64,000 nt of DNA from Rhina ancylostomus (lineage: Eukaryota), in assembly GCA_030265395.1 (NCBI GenBank), contig JARFYF010000052.1:58397019-58461018 (forward strand), written 5' to 3'. The position numbers were made by a program, and so were the translations under genes. This document shows, piece after piece, positions 1 through 11,925 of this stretch. Numbering within the stretch: the first letter of the stretch is position 1; each line of letters begins with the position of its first letter. Below the pieces are notes generated by a model. That model saw nothing but the letters and a program-made list of their open reading frames with translations. It was not told the origin of the DNA and made no database searches.

Positions 1-859
1 ATTTTTGCAGAATGGATTCTACCGAAGTTTAAATTTCTATAATTAATGGAAAATCATGGGGTTTTCTTCTTGCTAAATCACCTTTCTCCAGAAAAAGAGT
101 GTTCTTTTGGAAAAATATATCAAATTCCAAAGTTAATAAGAGTCAAGCCACTAACTACATTGATATTAGATGGCATTTATCAAGATCACATCAAAGCAAA
201 ATTAACAATGCATTTTCCTAAATGAGATAAAATCCACAATGTTTCCAAAAGCAACGATTCAACAATTGAACGGTGAATAGGTTAATGAAGTGAACCTTAA
301 ATGTCAGAGTAACAATGTTCAGAGATAAGATAATTACTGGCTTTTGATAGTCCCTAATTTACAGCTGTATCTTGAAAAAGAGCAAGGCATTTCAAGTTCT
401 CAGTCTGATGTTCTTGATGTCTTTGGTGCAATCATGTTGAACCATTAATGTAGTCCAAGCAATTACAATTAATTGGAAAAACCTTTCCTAAAACAGCTAA
501 TTTGTAGAATTGAATCAAGATTAGTATTCCAGTCACAAATGTATATACATCTTTGTTAGCTAAGGAAAAGAATATTATTGTTAGTAATAGAAACATAGAA
601 AACCTACAGCATATATGTCTTTCTTCCAAATTACTGTCTTACTTCAATACTTCATGCCTTGACAAAGTTGATTGGCAATGTTAGATCAAAAACAATCAGC
701 CCAGAAATGTAAACTGTGAAGGTGAAGTTAAGACAAAGTCAGTTGCATTTACATTCTCCTCCAGTTTGATCTAATTTTATATTTGTTTCAATAAATGAGA
801 AGGCAGGCGTGGAGAAGCTCCTGAAGGAAATCTCACATATCTTCTTGAATTTAACAAGT

Positions 860-1080
860 GAAAATCAAAAAATACTGCAGATCCTGGTAATCTATTTTTT
901 AAAAAAAAACAGAAAATGGTAGAAATACTCTGCGGGTCAGGCTGTATTTGTGGGAAGAGAAACAGAGTCAACATTTCAGGTTGAAGACCCATTGTCAGAA
1001 CTGAAAAGGGGAGAAAATAAGGTTGTAAAGCTGCAGGGAGGGTGAGGAGGATGTCTCTGATAGGATAAAACCAAGGTGAG
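860..1080 (-). mobile_element. Penelope-like element terminal fragment
   Basis: Motif aaatactgcagat...gaaatactc...ggtcaggc...tttcaggttgaagaccc...tcagaactg, recurring many times in the window. Confidence 0.55.
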
Positions 1081-1417
1081 CATGGGAATAAGCTGTAAAC
1101 AAAGTTATCTCTGGTCAGTGAGTGAATGGAAGTAGTTAGAGGTGATAGGATTCCCCTATCCTCGCCTTGCACCTCACCAACCTCCATATTCAAAGGATCT
1201 CCTTCTGATTAAAATCAGAGAGGCGATTACCTTTCTCCACACGCACAGTGACACCTTTGAGATGAAGTTGTTGTTCTATGCGGCCATGCCCGGATGTAAA
1301 GCTACAGGTAGAGGCAAAGTGTAAGTGGATCCTTTTGGCAACACTTTCCTGTTCCACCATTGGGTGCAGCAGTGGAGCAAGCAGCCAAATAAATGCGATC
1401 AGGTCTTATGTATTAGC

Positions 1418-2102
1418 TTTCAGTGCAGAAAGCTGAAATGTCAGAATGGAAATGCCAGAGGGATAAAGAATAAAAATGACAAGCAGAAGTCAAGAATTAT
1501 GCTTGCAAACAGGCTGTAGACTGGGCAAAATGATAACCCAATCTGTCTGGCCTCCTAGATGTAGAGGATACTGCATCATGAACAATCAACCTGATATAAA
1601 TTGGAAGAATTTGTCATGGTTCTGAGTTCTGGCCCTCAATTTGGCTCCATTAATGCCTTGTTGTCCAGCACATGGATTCCATGCNNNNNNNNNNNNNNNN
1701 NNNNNNNNNNNNNNNNNNNNNNNNNNNNNNNNNNNNNNNNNNNNNNNNNNNNNNNNNNNNNNNNNNNNNNNNNNNNNNNNNNNNTGATCTCTGAGGCAAG
1801 ATTCCTTCCAGTTACTGCCTGCGTTTGTCCTGAGGAAGTATCCTGACTCCAGTCTTGTGTCAGTTTGCTGCATTTGGGTTCTCTGAGTTTGTTCTGGATC
1901 AACATTGTGACAGAATTACCATGTTATTTCACATAGAAAGACTGTTTTGGGATAGAAGGAATAGTCAAAGCAAACGGGTGCATATTATATGGTAAAGTGT
2001 TGGGGGTGGGAAGAAATGTTGATTTTCAATGGAAAGGAGACCAGTGTTGCAGAGGGAATATTGAAGTGGGCAAGAAGGAAAAAAGAGAGGGTGATCCATT
2101 GG
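1418..2102 (-). repeat. Decayed Penelope-like segment, close paralog of 10866-11242, interrupted by the solo LTR
   Basis: Visibly alignable with 10866-11242 on both sides of the LTR. Confidence 0.75.
1612..1912 (+). mobile_element. Solo LTR of a Ty3/Gypsy-type retrotransposon (contains an N gap)
   Basis: Termini TGTCA...TGACA, flanked by the 5-bp direct repeat GAATT (1607-1611, 1913-1917). The 3' part matches 13575-13668 in reverse complement. Confidence 0.8.
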
Positions 2103-2566
2103 AAATGCTTTTTTTACCAGGCAGTACAATTTTCCACATTGATTCTAAGTTATTCATTTGTTGAAACAGCCTTGAAGGTGTAGGGATACTACTGATATGG
2201 ATCTCTGGTGAGTTGCTTAATTTAAAGTATTTTAAAGCTGGTTATTACTGAAACATTCATAGTTTTGTTTTCTTTGGTCAGTTCCATTTTCAATGCTATT
2301 TGAGTTTTTCAAGTGATAAACTCGTCACAATACCAAAGAAAGTCCACTTTTAGATGGATTCCATCTGGGGCAGATGTGAATGTAAACACAATGAAAAGGC
2401 AGTTTAGTTAAATGCAGAGAGAATTACATTAAGATGAGAGAGTATTAAGGACAGGCTGCTCAAGTTTTACAAATATCAAATTTCCCCCCCTTAATTTCAA
2501 TTTACTATTGAGGTTTCCTCAAAGGCGAAACTTATGCAAAGGTTATATTTCAGAAAAATAATCTCT

Positions 2567-2625
2567 TTATCTCTCTCTCTCTGCCTCTCGCTGTCTTTGT
2601 GTGTGTGTGTGTGTGTCTCTTTCTC
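2567..2625. repeat. Compound (CT)n/(GT)n microsatellite
   Basis: Directly visible. Confidence 0.9.
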
Positions 2626-3769
2626 CCTCATTGTAAAATCTACTGTGGCATAATTTTGAAGAGCAGGAAATGGTTCCCAGTATCTAGTTGATATTAATCC
2701 TTTAATGCATATCTCTGAAACAGATAATCTAATATTTATCAAGTCGCTTTTTGTGCGGGCTATCTGTCCAAATATTGACAGCTATGTTTCCTGCATTATG
2801 ATTGCGATCACACTTCAGAAATGAAAAATGCTNNNNNNNNNNNNNNNNNNNNNNNNNNNNNNNNNNNNNNNNNNNNNNNNNNNNNNNNNNNNNNNNNNNN
2901 NNNNNNNNNNNNNNNNNNNNNNNNNNNNNNNNNNNNNNNNNNNNNNNNNNNNNNNNNNNNNNNNNNNNNNNNNNNNNNNNNNNNNNNNNNNNNNNNNNNN
3001 NNNNNNNNNNNNNNNNNNNNNNNNNNNNNNNNNNNNNNNNNNNNNNNNNNNNNNNNNNNNNNNNNNNNNNNNNNNNNNNNNNNNNNNNNNNNGAAAGGTC
3101 AGCGATCTGAAACCTTAACTTTCTTTGAAGTTTAATCTAAGTAGTAAAATTGCAACAGTGAATTTTATGCACTGAATGGCTACAACAGGTTGAATGCAGC
3201 GGGAGTAGCCTTGGAAAAAGGCCAGTTTACTGAATTGCATTGCTTTGACTGCTATAGAGTGCAATTAATCTTTTTTTAAAGAGTTAATCTCATCATTAGT
3301 ACAGCGAATAATGAAATTCAGTCGCGTGTGCGCAATTGTTGCTATACTCAAGACGGCAGCAACGAAATCTAAGTGAAAATACACCAGAAATTGAGTTTAA
3401 AGTGCAATTGAAAACATGGGCAGTTTATTTCGACTAGACGGAAGCTTGTATATATTTGATACTGTTGGTTCAATAGAGAAGAAATCTCGGTGAAAGATCT
3501 AAGGAGGAAAGGAGTTTAGCTTGCTGAGTCAGTGCACAGCGTCCAGACAGCTGTCTACAGTGAATGAATCTGGAATAGCGAGAGTCTTTCACAGCGATGT
3601 ACATGTTCTACTCTGCGAGAATAGACGATTCCGATTAGTTTATTGGCATATGCAATAAACTCCCTATTCAGGATGCAATGAAACTCCTTGTTCACATGAA
3701 GCTTACGGTGTAAACAGTTTAGGAAACATTTTATCCTAGCCTTCGTGGTTATATAATTCAATATTGGGC

Positions 3770-4106
3770 AGGATTTCGATAAATTACGTTCAAGATCGAC
3801 TCCCATAACTTTCCTCTGGGACGCAAATGCAAGGAGCATCCTCCCGCTGTCTTTGGACTGCAGATGTGCCACCACAACTAACAAGGTGACCACACTGAAC
3901 ACAAGCACGCAGAGCCAGGAGATGTTGGTTTGAACAAGTGTTTTCTGAGCATCGATGACTTTTCCATCTCATCCACTCATGTGACGTTTGATCTTGTCGA
4001 TGCTGACGTATGGGATCCGAGGGCTGGTTTAAGTGAAAAGATTCCTGAAATGCACAGCAATAAAAGTGCGGGCGTGTCCGAGCTGCGGGCTGAGAGCACG
4101 GTGACC
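3770..4106 (+). promoter_or_regulatory. NMU: NMU proximal promoter / 5' UTR
   Basis: Local CpG enrichment, CRE-like TGACGT at 3982 and 4004, TATA-like CAATAAAAG near 4058, directly upstream of the ATG. Confidence 0.55.
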
Positions 4107-4233
4107 ATGCTAAGCTCCGAGCCGTGTTGGAAGCAGAGAGAGCGCTGCACTGCATCCTTCACCATGAAGCACCAGCATTCCCGTGTCCTCGCAATTGCAC
4201 TGCTCCTCCTCTCCTGGGGCTGCTTCTCACAAG
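4107..4233 (+). CDS. NMU: Neuromedin U precursor, coding exon 1 (signal peptide)
   Basis: ACCATG at 4107 gives MLSSEPCWKQRERCTASFTMKHQHSRVLAIALLLLSWGCFSQ-G, with a hydrophobic core; donor CAAG|gtacct, phase 1. A second in-frame ACCATG is at 4164. The N-terminus resembles human MLRTESC. Confidence 0.88.
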
Positions 4234-4874
4234 GTACCTCTCCCACACGTCACCATCCTCATTCTCTGTTCCTCTACTTTGCTGTTGCCATTTCATTCAT
4301 CGAAATGTTTCTCCAATTCCTTTTCAATTTACTTAGGAATTTTCTCGGTGCTTTTTCTGTTGCCTTTGTTATAACCGTTTTACTCTTAAGTGATTGATCC
4401 TTTATAATCGTTTATAATCCTTTTCTCCTGTTTCTCATTCCTCTAGCTGTTGCTACAGAAAACTTAAATTGTTAACGCCAACAAAAAAGCGCATCTCTGG
4501 ACATTGGGTGTGTTCTATGTATAGTGTATGCTGTGTCTTTTTTAAAAAATGCACAGGAGACGATATAATGTAGATATAAAAGGGGATTTTAAAAACAATC
4601 TGTATTTGTAGAGGTTGCAGGAAGCTACTCCTTGACTCAGTATGTCAAATACTGTTATTAATCAGCTACAAACAGAAATGAATTGAGATTTGTGGGGACA
4701 TTGGGATCAATTCCGTACAGAGTTGACTATTGAGTGAAATATTTTACAGACATTGAAGTACAAGTTGAGCAAATGGAAAAGTAATATGACGCTTAGCTTT
4801 CAAATAGAAGCAGCAGAAAGAAACATTTTCTATTAAATCTTTAATTCTAAGTTTCCCTTATTGACTAAAACTAA

Positions 4875-5105
4875 GTTATTTATTAATCATATGTACATTG
4901 AAACACACAAACACACAGTGAAATGCCTCTTATTGCGTTACTGAGAATGAGCTGGAGGATGTGTGGCTACTCTTTCGACGCCAAGCTCCTAACCCACGCA
5001 GACACGGAAAGAACGTACGAACTCCTTACAGACAGTGGTGGGAATTGAACCAGGGTCGTTGGCGCTGGAGTAGCTTTACTCTAACTGCTACACGACTGTT
5101 TACCC
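4875..5105 (-). mobile_element. tRNA-derived V-domain SINE (tail type B)
   Basis: Reverse complement of ggttcaattccc...ctgtctgtaaggagtt...catttcactgtgt...gtacatatgattaataa; same family as 25359-25620. Confidence 0.7.
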
Positions 5106-5129
5106 GCCACCTCACCCCATATAGGACAG

Positions 5130-5450
5130 TAACATTATGGCTAAATTACTGGGCTGATGGTGCAGCAGCCTGGGCTACTGATCCACTATTGCCTGGGCTA
5201 CTGCAAAGTTCAAATCACACCAGAATGTGGGGAATTTATATTGGATTATTTAATATATGATCAAAAAAATGGTAATAGTAATGAATCTGTCAAGTTACCA
5301 TAAGCCCCCCTTGTGGTTTACTAATGCTCCTGAGGGAAGGGAATCTGTGCCAGACTCTGACTCTTAGCTGCCCTCTGAAGTGGCCTCTTGCTTCTCAATT
5401 AGGGTTAAGTGTTGGTCTTGCCCTGGTGATGCCCATGAAAGAATGAAAGA
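5130..5450 (+). mobile_element. Old SacSINE1/DeuSINE-like SINE
   Basis: ggtttactaatgctcctgagggaagggaatctg...gactcttagctgccctctgaagtggcct...aattaggg...tgatgccca resembles the recalled shark SacSINE1 3' half. Confidence 0.5.
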
Positions 5451-6810
5451 AAAGTGATCACATTTCAAAAAGGGTTTCTCTGGGTAATTCCACAATCAAT
5501 CAATCTTGCTGACTGCATTGCTTTAAGTGAGTGAGGTTGAATGGAACTGCATAATTCACTTGTAGTTATTCACTATAATGCAAAAAAAATCCTGCTTAGA
5601 TTGGGTGGTATTGTAGGTTTTTTAAAGTTCTATTTTCTCCATTCTTTAAATAGATTTTTTTTAGTAATCTGGCCAAGTTAGCTGTTCAGTTGACTGCTGT
5701 GAACCCAGAAATATGCCATGCCTCAAAACCAACCCATCAGAGTAATCAATAGAGGCTCTGTTTCAATAAAAATTCTTCCTGGAACTCACAGGAAGATTAG
5801 GTAAGTAAAGAAAACAATATGGCATTACTTTCATACATTTGGGAGAAAGTATGTTAGAGAAGCAAGTTTGTTGCTCCCATCTCGGGTCAAAGAATGTCCT
5901 GGCCTCCTATATAGAATGAATCTAATTGGCTCTTGGGACAGGGGAATACAGTTGAAGTCCAAAATGACCCAAGGTGTAGATACGATTCAGAGGGCAGAGG
6001 CATTGGTGTTTTGAATGCTTGCTTTGGGGAAATAAGATATTACATTCTGATCAAGTCCACTGACACTCTATTCAAACCAGTAAATACAGAATGTTTATAA
6101 AGTCTTGTTGAAAGTGGGCAGCCATTGTTAATGATATTCCTTGCTCTGATGTAGAGAGTTTTGAGATTGTATGTGTGGAGACAAAATGGATATAAATTAT
6201 CATCTAAAATAGAGCTACCTTTAAAATTAGAAAAACCTAACGTTTACATTAGATAATGATGCATGGTGTTTAAATATAGGTTGCAATGTACAGTAGGCAA
6301 ATGACTCCTCCCCCACTCCCATACAAAGAATAAAACTCAAATTATTGTGTTAGTGACTTCAAGTATACAAGCATCATAAAATTTCATTGTAAATATTCTC
6401 ATGGAAAGCTAAAATGTATATAAAGTAACCTAATAAAGNNNNNNNNNNNNNNNNNNNNNNNNNNNNNNNNNNNNNNNNNNNNNNNNNNNNNNNNNNNNNN
6501 NNNNNNNNNNNNNNNNNNNNNNNNNNNNNNNNNNNNNNNNNNNNNNNNNNNNNNNNNNNNNNNNNNNNNNNNNNNNNNNNNNNNNNNNCCTGATTTTTAT
6601 TTCCACTGAAGTTGCTATTTCCCTTTCACATTTGAGCATTTTGAATTATTGCATCATCAACATTACCCCCAATGTCCGTAAAAATAATAATGAAATATTG
6701 AACACAAGTTAAAAATATTTGCTTTGTCAATTATTTACAATACATTTGTAGGAATTTATGGATTTCCTAAATGCTGGTGTACACAATCACAAGTTTTGTG
6801 TATTTTACAG

Positions 6811-6866
6811 GTGCTCCTGTATCACCACAGAGATTTGGAGGACAAGAGTTACGTCTGTGGAGTGAG
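6811..6866 (+). CDS. NMU: NMU exon 2
   Basis: ttttacag|GT...GAG|gtaatc; encodes (G)APVSPQRFGGQELRLWSE, cf. human GAPILPQGLQPEQQLQLWNE. Confidence 0.93.
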
Positions 6867-7800
6867 GTAATCATAATTAAACTGAGTTTGAAGTACATAA
6901 ATCTAAAGAATTTCAGTTCTTTTGTTTTTTTTAAAATAGGCAGAGCAAGGAGGGGAAGAAAACATTCTGTATCATATGGCAGGGTGGTTATCTTGGGTAT
7001 CTGCAAACAGAGGCTATGATTGTCTGGGAATCATTTCCTACTTCATACTAAATTGTGGAATCCCATCAGTACTGTAATTATTTATAGTTCTTCCATGATG
7101 AAAAATGCATTTCTCCTGTATTCTTCACAAGCTCATTTGTGACTCACTCACACAAAGTTGTTTTAATAGTGATATTATCACAAATCGTCCTAGTTCTAGG
7201 AAACTACATAATATTTCTTATTTCATAAGAGTGAAGTTTTGACTATAACTGGATTTTTTTACTGTACTATTTTCCCATTTCAGTTCATTCATATACTCCC
7301 ACAGTTTTACAGTTATTAGCATTAACATTTATAATCCAGGTGTGTAGACGATACAGCAACCAACTTTGATGAGAAACATAAGATAAATATAAATTCACAT
7401 GCAGATAACTTGCCAATTACATTTAGCAAATGATATGAGAATTGCAGCTGGAAAACTTTTACACTTTCTTTTAAATGAAATCTTTTTAGGTTAGTTCTTT
7501 TTGACATTATTGATCCTTTGTTTCCCTTTTGGAGTTTTATTTATAGTGATCAGGTTAATTCTGTAGAAGTTCAAATAGGNNNNNNNNNNTCAGAAATATA
7601 TTTTAAAATGGTATGATGTTCAAAGGAATTTCATAGTCTAACATTGTGGAGTCTGGTCTCACTCCATTTGCCTTGAAGAAAATCATTGTCCAGATACATC
7701 AAATGTTTTTGCTATTGTATTGAGTGATCAGAATTAAATCAAACAAGCCCATTCAGTGTTATAGAGGAGACTTTTTTACCTTCTGCATTATCTCTTTCAG

Positions 7801-7845
7801 ATAAATGATCTGTGCTCATCCTTTTCTGATAACCCTCAGCCACAG
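7801..7845 (+). CDS. NMU: NMU exon 3
   Basis: tctctttcag|ATA...CAG|gtgaga; INDLCSSFSDNPQPQ, cf. human IDDTCSSFLSIDSQPQ. Confidence 0.92.
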
Positions 7846-7938
7846 GTGAGAACCAAATAATTGTGTTGGACATTTATGTTGCTTATAGATTTATAAATAA
7901 AAAAATACTTCTGACAAACTTATGTTTTGCTTTACCAG

Positions 7939-7992
7939 CCAAGCACTCCACTTGAAGAACTGTGTTATATGGCCTGGACAATTCCACAACAG
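7939..7992 (+). CDS. NMU: NMU exon 4
   Basis: tttaccag|CCA...CAG|gtattt; PSTPLEELCYMAWTIPQQ, cf. human ASNALEELCFMIMGMLPKPQ. Confidence 0.9.
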
Positions 7993-10143
7993 GTATTTGT
8001 TTCATTACAATGCACAGTAGGAATCACATGCAATGAACTGGTTTGAACCCAATTCGCATTTGCTATTGTTGCTTTAAGTTTACAATATGTGGCAAAGAAT
8101 TTAAAAATAGATGAGCACTTCATGTTCTTGAAGACTCCAAACTGAGAGCTGAGAAGTGGGACTAAGGTGGATAGCACTTTTTGGTCCCACTGTGCCAAGG
8201 GGCTGAATGGCCTTTTTCCTTGCTGTAAATTTCCATGATTTAGCTCATTAAATGGCTGTGTGGTAAGAGATCAGTATATGTAACCTGCTCTCAATAAAAA
8301 TCATCCAGCATATACAGACCTGGACAACAAATATATTGCATATTTTAGGAAGTGCTTCTTTCTCATTGCCATCCATTCAGATCAAAACAAAGAAATGTTG
8401 GGAGCTGGACCCAAGGTTCTCTTCTAGTGCATGTCTGTCAAAACTGTTATTATTCCAGATGGATCAGAGCAATCTGTTTGTGCTCCATCTTATAATCTTG
8501 GCTGCACTTAGTTCTTTGGTCACTTTTGATTTATGTAGTCACCTTGTTCAGATATGGTCTAAGTTCTGATGAGTTGCTAGTATCCAAGGTAATGCTGAGG
8601 GAGGAGGGATTCCATTAGGCTAGGTTCTGCAGTCTTGTTGGTCTTATCTTTGGGGGGGGGAAATCTATTAGAATAGAAATAGATAAAACAAGGCCTTCAG
8701 CAAAAGGAAAAATTATATTGCCTAGCAAATGTGGCCTGAAATGGGAGAGATTTCTGGGCAGTGAGAATACAAAAGAATACTGATAAATTGGGGAGGCTGA
8801 CAAGATGGTGGCATGACACCAACAGAATGGCCTTCATAAACTCATCTGCAGGTTTCGTGCCAAATAATCACTGGGGCCATCTGCTTACATTGTGAAAATT
8901 GATTAGGGATAACTTGTTTCACAAGCAGCAACCTTCCAAGCCAATATAATTCCTTTTCAATGCAGATTGGGTGAAACTTAGAAGCCTAATATCCAATTAA
9001 TAGGCAACAATCAGACTGCATTAAATAATTCCTGCATGTGTGCAGGCAGTTTTAAATGTCAAATGAGTTTTCCATGACTACAAAATTTCTAATGTAAAAT
9101 AATGAGTGGCTTTATAAACTCATTACAAGATAATATCATAAATTATATTTTGATCTGTAACTTGGTTTTAAGGCAACTTTAAATTTCACAGTGAATATCT
9201 GTGCTTAGTGTTTTCAGACACATGTTAAATGCACAGTATGCTAACAGCTTCACATTAACTTTGAAAATTTGATGTAATTGAAATGAATGGATTGAAGTCT
9301 ATAGAATTAAATTTTGGAAGTAGAGAACAACACAACTACTCCTTTCAGATTTTTTCTTGAGCTCAAATTCTCATGGTAGAATCTGAGGTAGGGTAAATTG
9401 TGCTCTGTCTGCAGAAGGACTTGAAATTAAAAATCAAATCTGGTTTTTGTTCCTATCAAAACCTGAAAAGAGTAATGATTTAAAATATGACTTCAACCAG
9501 TTGGAGACAATGTTCCACATTTTTTATCTTGCACTAATGGATTGATAATGGGAAATGTCTATGAGCTCATACATCATACAGACCAAATTATGTTTTCTCA
9601 AGTTGTATTTGTAGCCACAATTGTGGTATATAATGAAATCGAAGCAAACTGCATGTGCTTTTTCATTCCCTGAATGTCTAATCCTTCTCAGGTTTGATGA
9701 TAACTTTCCCTTCTGACATGGATGTACATTAGCTTCACCAGTTAACAAGGATGATTTTAACAGTTAAAATCACATGATATCACGGGATTTAGATGAGGAG
9801 TAGGAGGGGGCCAAGAAGAGGTGGTTTGGTGATACCGGAGGTAAATGTGAAGGAGCTAACCCAGTTCAGGTAATTCTGTTGCTACAAATGAATGAATAAG
9901 AGTGAAACTAGTTGACAATCCCATGCAACTGGACAAAATTTCATTTTCCTGCACAGATATCCCTCACACCTGAGCAAAAATTTTTAAAAAGTGAAAAATA
10001 AAATTTATTGTTGCTGCTTATTTTCCAGGACTCTACCTTCAATTTTAATGAATATTTTTCTTTCATTGAATATTTTGTACCAGTTTGTACTCTTTTTGCT
10101 CTCTAAATCCACCTTGCATTAATATTGCACAACTTGTTTGCAG

Positions 10144-10173
10144 GATTCAGAAGATAAAGGTCAAAGCAAAAGG
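10144..10173 (+). CDS. NMU: NMU exon 5 (ends in KR cleavage site)
   Basis: tgtttgcag|GAT...AGG|gtaagc; DSEDKGQSKR, cf. human EQDEKDNTKR. Confidence 0.92.
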
Positions 10174-10277
10174 GTAAGCAGTATATTTTGCAGCATATGA
10201 AAGACAATGATAATATAAAAGTAGGCTTAAATAATTGGCATATGTTGTAGTAAAATATTTCTCCATTTTTTGTACAG

Positions 10278-10328
10278 TTCTTATTTCATTATTCTAAGAC
10301 CCATGACTCTGGCAATTCTGATTTTATG
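10278..10328 (+). CDS. NMU: NMU exon 6 (N-terminal half of NURP)
   Basis: ttttgtacag|TTC...ATG|gtaagt; FLFHYSKTHDSGNSDFM, containing the diagnostic FLFHYSKT motif. Confidence 0.96.
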
Positions 10329-10489
10329 GTAAGTGGTTTGAAGGCTATTCTGAAATTGTCTGGAAAGGTATCAGTTGGTTCCACTCCAGACTTTAATTTC
10401 AAATTAGTGAACAATGACTATAGTTCAGAAGTTTAAGGTTTGTTTCCTGATTCAATGTTGAAACTAAGTCACTAAAGAGTATTGGCTAA

Positions 10490-11490
10490 AACAAATGCTG
10501 GAAATACTCATCAGGTGAGAAATTGTTTCCTTTATCACAATTGTCAAAAGTTAGAGATGTAACAGATTTTAAATAAGTACACAAGCAAGGGTAAGGGAAT
10601 CTGTAAAGAGGAAAATTGGGGGGGGGGAAGGAAGATGGAGAAATTAAATGACGAAAAAGACGTGCAAATTAAAAGGTAACTGTAAGAAAAAAAAAGATTG
10701 GTCCAGAGGGGATGTAAATTGGAATAGCAGAAACATAACTGACAGCTGTTAACTGGGAAAATGGAGGCAGTGGTCATGTTCTGAGATTGCTGTACCCAAT
10801 GTAGAGCCCCAAAAATTGTAAAATATCAAATCAGACACTGAGGTATTGTTCCTCAATGTATTATGTTTCAGTGTAGAAAGCTAAGATGTCAGAATGGAAA
10901 TGCCAGAGGGATAGAGAATTAAAATGACGAGCAGAAGTTGAGGGTTATGCTTGCAAACAGGTTGTAGACTGGGCAAAATGATAACCCAATCTGTGATTGG
11001 CCTCCCACATGTAGAGGATACTGCACCATGAACAATCAACCTGGATAAATTGAAAGAATTACCATATTCCTTCACATGGAAAGTGTTTTGGGATAGAAGG
11101 AAGAGTCAAAGCAAAAGGGAATGTATTGTATGGTAAAGTGTTGGTGGTGGGAAGGAAATGTTGATTTTCATTGGAAAGTAGACCAGAGTGTTGCAGAGGG
11201 AGAACTGAAGTGGGTAAGAAGGAAATAGAGGGTGATCCATTGAATTTGGAAGCTAGCAGATGGAATCAAGGACAAAGAACCTAATTTTGAATTTGGGACA
11301 AAAAGGAAGGGTGTGGAAAAAAGTGGGAAATGAGATTGACAGGGTCAAGAGCTCTTCTAATCCCAGTGAAAGGCAATCCTCAATTGAGTGAAAAAGAACT
11401 GGGGGAAAAAAAAACATTGGTTTCAAAGAAAGTCATGAGAAGAAATGGGGCAGAAATGGAAAACTGTTGGAAAGGAATAATCCTTTCAGG
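10490..11490 (-). mobile_element. Decayed Penelope-like retroelement
   Basis: Terminal motif aaatgctggaaatactca, followed by sequence similar to the GIY-YIG region at 18250-18450. Confidence 0.6.
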
Positions 11491-11649
11491 AACTAGGGTA
11501 TGCACAAGTATAAGTCCAAGTTTGTGGGCATCAGTGGACCTATAATGGGCAAAGGTCTTAGCCCACTAGTCCGGATTTGTATTGGGTTCCTATAGTGAAA
11601 ACACTTAAAGGAATCATTAGGAGTAAAAGGGAATTTAGTCAATCTGAGA

Positions 11650-11925
11650 CATCTGTGTGGAGTTTGCATGTTCTCCCTGTGACCACATGGGTTTCCCTTG
11701 TTTGCTATGATTTCTTCCTGCATCCCAAAGGTATTCTGAGGTTAATTAGCTACTGTTACTCAACCCTAGTGTAGGTAAGTGGCAAAAGAATCAAAGTGAA
11801 GATGAAGGATACTTGAGTGAGAATAAATCACAAGAAAATAGGGAGGAGTGGTGTGGCTTGATGTGATTACTCTGCTGGGAGCTGGCATGGACCTAATGGG
11901 TTGAATGGCCTCCTGTATTGTAATA
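11650..11925 (+). mobile_element. V-domain SINE (HE1-like, CR1 tail)
   Basis: tctgtgtggagtttgcatgttctccctgtgaccacatgggtttcc core and a gggttgaatggcctcc tail. Confidence 0.7.

Noticed and set aside
432-629. 65-aa hydrophobic minus-strand ORF (checked as possible EXOC1L or a small membrane protein)
   Set aside because: No recognisable similarity, no true ATG at the listed start, and AT-rich DNA yields hydrophobic ORFs by chance.
3930-4397. 155-aa ORF with apparent extra transmembrane segments
   Set aside because: It is NMU exon 1 read through into a pyrimidine-rich intron past the donor at 4234.
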